In this document: positions 7,574-10,698 of the stretch, one piece after another
Layout of the letters: the number at the start of each line of letters is the position of its first letter
How positions within the stretch are numbered: the stretch's first letter is position 1
Assembly (NCBI GenBank): GCA_039588275.1
Contig: JBDHAC010000082.1
Location: forward strand, 4,808 to 15,505
Length of the DNA stretch: 10,698 nucleotides
From: Gemmatimonadota bacterium
GTDB lineage: Bacteria; Gemmatimonadota; Gemmatimonadetes; Palauibacterales; Palauibacteraceae
Direction: 5' to 3'
Position numbers and translations under genes: made by a program
The notes under the pieces: generated by a model
The model's database searches: none
What the model saw: the letters and a program-made list of their open reading frames with translations, nothing else
Told to the model about the DNA's origin: nothing

Positions 7574-7745
7574 GACCCGCTTCGCGCACGAGCCCCGGGC
7601 GACTCCGCGGAGCGTGGGCGACCTCGACCCGCAGGTCTAAAACCGGTCGGGTGGCAAGTCCGTTCGAACCTAATCAGGGCATGCGAGCGTCCAAGTTGGG
7701 ATAGCCGCCGTGATCACGTCCGCAGACGCCAGGAGTCGAACCCGC

Positions 7746-10211
7746 ATGGACACGCTTCTCCAGGACTTCCGCTTCAGCATTCGGACCCTCAGGAAGAGCC
7801 CGGTCTTCACGATCATTGCCGCCGCGACGTTGGCCCTCGGGATCGGGGCCAATACGGCCGTATTCAGCGTCGTGAACGGCGTGCTGTTGCGAGAACTCCC
7901 GTACGAAGAGCCCGATCGCCTGGCGTTGATCTGGACGAATTTCGGGCCCGACCTGCCCCAGAACTGGGTATCAGGGCCCGAGTTCGTCGAGATGCGCGAG
8001 TTCCAGACGCAGTTCGAGGACATCGGCGTCGTCGTGCCCACCACGGTGAGCTTCACCGGTCAGGGAGAGCCCGAGCAGATCGGCGCGGCGGGTGCATCGG
8101 GCGAATTCTTCCGCGTCCTCCGCGTTCCTCCAGCGCTCGGCCGGCTTTTCGGACCCGACGATGACACCCCTGCATCGGATCCGGTGGCGGTGCTGGATTA
8201 CGGCTTCTGGCAGCGACGCTTCGGCGGAGAGCAGGACGTGCTCGGACGAACGCTGACCGCGGATGGCGTCACGTACACCGTGATCGGCGTGTTGCCGCCG
8301 GACTTCCGGATTCATCACCCCGATGCGCAGTTCCCCGATCGCATCGATATGTGGGCCCCGTTGGTCCCGATCCTCGGAGCGAATTACGACCAGTTGGGAC
8401 GCGGCGGGCATTTCCTTCGAGCGTTCGGGCGCATGAAGCCGGGCGTGAGCCTGGCCCAGGCGGAGGCCGACATGCACGCGGTGGCCGTCCAGATGCACGA
8501 GCGGACACCGCAGTACTACGACCGGGTCGAGGGCTGGAACATCTCGGTGCTCTCGTTTCACGACGACCTCGTCGAGGATGTGAAGCCGGCGCTCATCATC
8601 CTGCTCGGGGCCGTGCTCTTCGTCCTCCTCATCGCCTGCGTGAATGTGGCCAACCTCCAGCTCACTCGGGCGGCTGCCCGTGAGCGCGAGATCGCCCTGC
8701 GCGCCGCGCTCGGCGCCGGGCGTGGCCGGCTCGTCCGGCAGCTCCTGACCGAAAGCCTCGTCCTCGGGCTGGTCGGGTCCATACTGGGTCTCGTGGTCGC
8801 GTTCGGGCTGGTTCGCGTGCTCGTCGCGGTGGCTCCCGAAGCGCTCCCGCTGCGGGACGCGATCGGGATGGACGGGACCGTGCTCCTGTTCACTTTTGCC
8901 CTTGCCGTGGCCACCGCACTGCTGTTCGGCCTCGCCCCGGGGCTCGTGTCGCTCAAGCAGTCCTTGTTCGGGTCTCTGAAGAAGGGAGGACGAGGTAGCA
9001 CGACGGGCGTCGGCGGTGTGCGGCTGCGGACGTCGCTAGTGGTCTCGGAGGTCGCACTCGCTATCGTGCTTCTCGTGGGCGCCGGCTTGATGATGCACAG
9101 CTTGAACCGGCTGCTCTCAGCCGATCCGGGCTATTCGACCGAACAGCTCCTCACCATGCAGATATCGCTCCCGAACAGCCGCTACGATGCGGAAGCGACC
9201 CGCGCGTTCTGGGACAGGCTCCTGGAACGCACCGAGGCTCTCCCGGGGGTGAGTCAGGCGGGCCTGGTCTCGCACCTCCCCCTGAGCGGCGCGTACGCAT
9301 CGGGTACGACGAGGGTGGAGCGGTCCGAGGCCATGCAGCCCGATCCGGGCGACAACTTCGCCTCGATCGAGGCGGAGCGGCGCTGGGTGAGCCCGGGATA
9401 TTTTCAGTCGGTGGGGGTTCAGCTCCTCGCGGGGCGGATGTTCACGACGGCGGACAACATCGACGCGCCTCTCGTTGCCATTGTCGATGAGGAGTTCGCC
9501 CGCCGGTTCTGGCCCAACGAAGACCCGATCGGCCAACGGGTCAGCATCGACCAGAACGCCGACGGGCGAATCTGGAGGGAGGTCGTCGGTCTGGTCCGAC
9601 ACTCGAGGCATTACGACCTGAGCACCATCGGCCGCGAGGCTGCGTATTATCCGTACGCGCAGTTCGGGGTCAACACGATGTTCCTGGCTGCGCGCACGAG
9701 CACCGACCCCGCGTCGGTGACGAATGCGGTGCGTGAGACGGTATGGGCGCTCGACCCCGATCAGCCCGTGTCGGACATCCAGACGATGGAAGACCGCGTG
9801 GGGGGTGCCGTCGCCCAGCCGCAATTCAACCTCTGGCTGCTGGCGGGCTTCGCGTGCATCGCGCTCGTCCTGGCGGGGATCGGTATCTACGGCGTCATCG
9901 CCTACTCGGTCGGCCAGCGCCGTCATGAAGTCGGCGTACGTATGGCCCTCGGCGCCGACCGTTCGGCCGTGCGGTCTCTCTTCCTGCGTCAGGGGATGGC
10001 GCTGGTCGCTGTGGGCGTGGCACTCGGGATCCTCGCGGCACTCGGGCTATCGCGTTTGCTCACGAGCCTCCTGTACGAAGTGAGCCCGGCGGATCCGGTC
10101 ACGTACATGGCGGTCGCGCTCCTGTTGAGTGCCGTCGCGGTGGGGGCGTGCCTCATCCCGGCCACCGTCGCGACGCGGGTGGAGCCGGTGGCGGTCCTGC
10201 GCGAGGAATAG
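7746..10211 (+). CDS. ABC transporter permease, ADOP type (duplicated MacB-periplasmic/FtsX domains)
   Basis: Start reassigned to ATG 7746 (AGGAG at 7731-7735), giving the family N-terminus [35 protein letters not shown]. Other motifs: [72 protein letters not shown]. Confidence 0.95.
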   Translation: MDTLLQDFRFSIRTLRKSPVFTIIAAATLALGIGANTAVFSVVNGVLLRELPYEEPDRLALIWTNFGPDLPQNWVSGPEFVEMREFQTQFEDIGVVVPTTVSFTGQGEPEQIGAAGASGEFFRVLRVPPALGRLFGPDDDTPASDPVAVLDYGFWQRRFGGEQDVLGRTLTADGVTYTVIGVLPPDFRIHHPDAQFPDRIDMWAPLVPILGANYDQLGRGGHFLRAFGRMKPGVSLAQAEADMHAVAVQMHERTPQYYDRVEGWNISVLSFHDDLVEDVKPALIILLGAVLFVLLIACVNVANLQLTRAAAREREIALRAALGAGRGRLVRQLLTESLVLGLVGSILGLVVAFGLVRVLVAVAPEALPLRDAIGMDGTVLLFTFALAVATALLFGLAPGLVSLKQSLFGSLKKGGRGSTTGVGGVRLRTSLVVSEVALAIVLLVGAGLMMHSLNRLLSADPGYSTEQLLTMQISLPNSRYDAEATRAFWDRLLERTEALPGVSQAGLVSHLPLSGAYASGTTRVERSEAMQPDPGDNFASIEAERRWVSPGYFQSVGVQLLAGRMFTTADNIDAPLVAIVDEEFARRFWPNEDPIGQRVSIDQNADGRIWREVVGLVRHSRHYDLSTIGREAAYYPYAQFGVNTMFLAARTSTDPASVTNAVRETVWALDPDQPVSDIQTMEDRVGGAVAQPQFNLWLLAGFACIALVLAGIGIYGVIAYSVGQRRHEVGVRMALGADRSAVRSLFLRQGMALVAVGVALGILAALGLSRLLTSLLYEVSPADPVTYMAVALLLSAVAVGACLIPATVATRVEPVAVLREE

Positions 10212-10219
10212 ACCGAGCC

Positions 10220-10247
10220 TGGCAAGCCGTACGGGCCGGGTTATCTT
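10220..10247 (+). promoter_or_regulatory. Putative promoter for a leaderless or short-leader TonB-receptor mRNA
   Basis: TATCTT (-10-like, 10242-10247) lies 8 nt before ATG 10256. TGGCAA (10220-10225) is 16 nt upstream of it. No Shine-Dalgarno sequence precedes the ATG. Confidence 0.4.
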
Positions 10248-10255
10248 GCGGCCCC

Positions 10256-10698
10256 ATGAATCCGGGCCACGTGCAACTCACTCGCCGAACTCACCGAGCC
10301 GCGATGCTCACAGGCCTCGCGGCCCTGGCGCTCACCCCGATCGGGGTGGATGGGCAGGTCCCCGACAGCGCCCGCGCCGAGGCCGCGCGGGATACGTTGC
10401 CCGCGTACCGGGCCAGCGAGATCGCCGTCCAGGTCGCGCGCTCTGTCGCCGCCCTCGCGGGCTTGCCCTACGCGATCAGCGTGGCCGACCGCGCTGCGGT
10501 GCAGGAGGCCGAACGCGCCGTTTCGCTGGATGAAGCGCTGCGCTTCGTGCCGGGGCTGTTCGTCCACAACCGCCGCAACTTCTTGCTGGGTGACCGCGTC
10601 ACGATGCGGGGCCAGGGGGCACGCGCCCAATTCGGTGTGCGGGGCGTCCGTGTCCTGGCGGATGGGATCCCGCTCACGCTCGCGGACGGCCAGAGCAC
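10256..10698 (+). CDS. TonB-dependent receptor, YncD/PqqU-like plug domain, 3'-truncated
   Basis: Translated by hand; absent from the ORF track because no stop falls in the window: MNPGHVQLTRRTHRAAMLTGLAALALTPIGVDGQ...EIAVQVAR (TonB-box-like)...LPYAISV...SLDEALRFVPGLFVHNRRNFLLGDRVTMRGQGARAQFGVRGVRVLADGIPLTLADGQS. Alternative starts are GTG 10271 and ATG 10304. Confidence 0.9.
   Translation, partial: MNPGHVQLTRRTHRAAMLTGLAALALTPIGVDGQVPDSARAEAARDTLPAYRASEIAVQVARSVAALAGLPYAISVADRAAVQEAERAVSLDEALRFVPGLFVHNRRNFLLGDRVTMRGQGARAQFGVRGVRVLADGIPLTLADGQS

Noticed and set aside
7590..7660. Resemblance to a c-di-GMP-I (GEMM) riboswitch: GGGC, a hairpin, then GGTCTAA
   Set aside because: It lacks the GGCAAA and GACGCAAA segments and the GNRA tetraloop. 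An Rfam RF01051 scan would settle it, but the support by eye is insufficient.
7652..7668. TGGCAAG as a sigma54 -24 box (also at 10220)
   Set aside because: There is no GC dinucleotide at the required GG-N10-GC spacing at either site.
7731..7740. AGGAGTCGAA shared upstream of the ADOP and SnoaL genes
   Set aside because: Half of it is the Shine-Dalgarno sequence, and the remaining 5-nt match is plausible by chance.
7710..7745. GTG 7710 as the permease start
   Set aside because: ATG 7746 has an AGGAG and gives the canonical MDTLLQD N-terminus.
7430..8164. 244-aa ORF containing the RASLDVA heptads
   Set aside because: It overlaps both the GNAT and ADOP genes out of frame and has no recognisable domain. 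Only the repeat itself is reported.
10277..10300. Twin-arginine signal (LTRR) in the TonB receptor
   Set aside because: It does not fit S/T-R-R-x-F-L-K, and outer-membrane barrels are normally Sec-exported.

Overview
GC-rich bacterial window with 8 protein genes, most of them for cell-envelope proteins. The gene mix (ADOP permease, long M14 protein, DUF5916, TonB receptor) suggests a diderm such as Gemmatimonadota or Acidobacteriota; this is inference. In order: a 5'-truncated LpqC/PHB-depolymerase-type esterase (+); a secreted ~900-aa M14 zinc-carboxypeptidase-like protein (+); a convergent three-gene minus-strand unit (CBM9-like/DUF5916 outer-membrane protein, SnoaL-type lipoprotein, second NTF2-like lipoprotein); a divergent YjdJ-type GNAT; an orphan ADOP (duplicated MacB/FtsX) permease; and the 5' end of a YncD/PqqU-like TonB-dependent receptor missing from the ORF track. 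No mobile element, CRISPR array, tRNA or rRNA was seen. The best leads are: the M14 protein's remodelled active site (HxxE read as DTDE, and the Arg127-equivalent apparently Asp); a one-arm/two-partner hairpin just before its start codon; the DUF5916 plus twin NTF2-lipoprotein unit; a symmetric divergent promoter; and a 3x21-bp repeat over the GNAT stop codon. All family calls come from motif recognition by eye, not database searches, and no complete novel system is proven.
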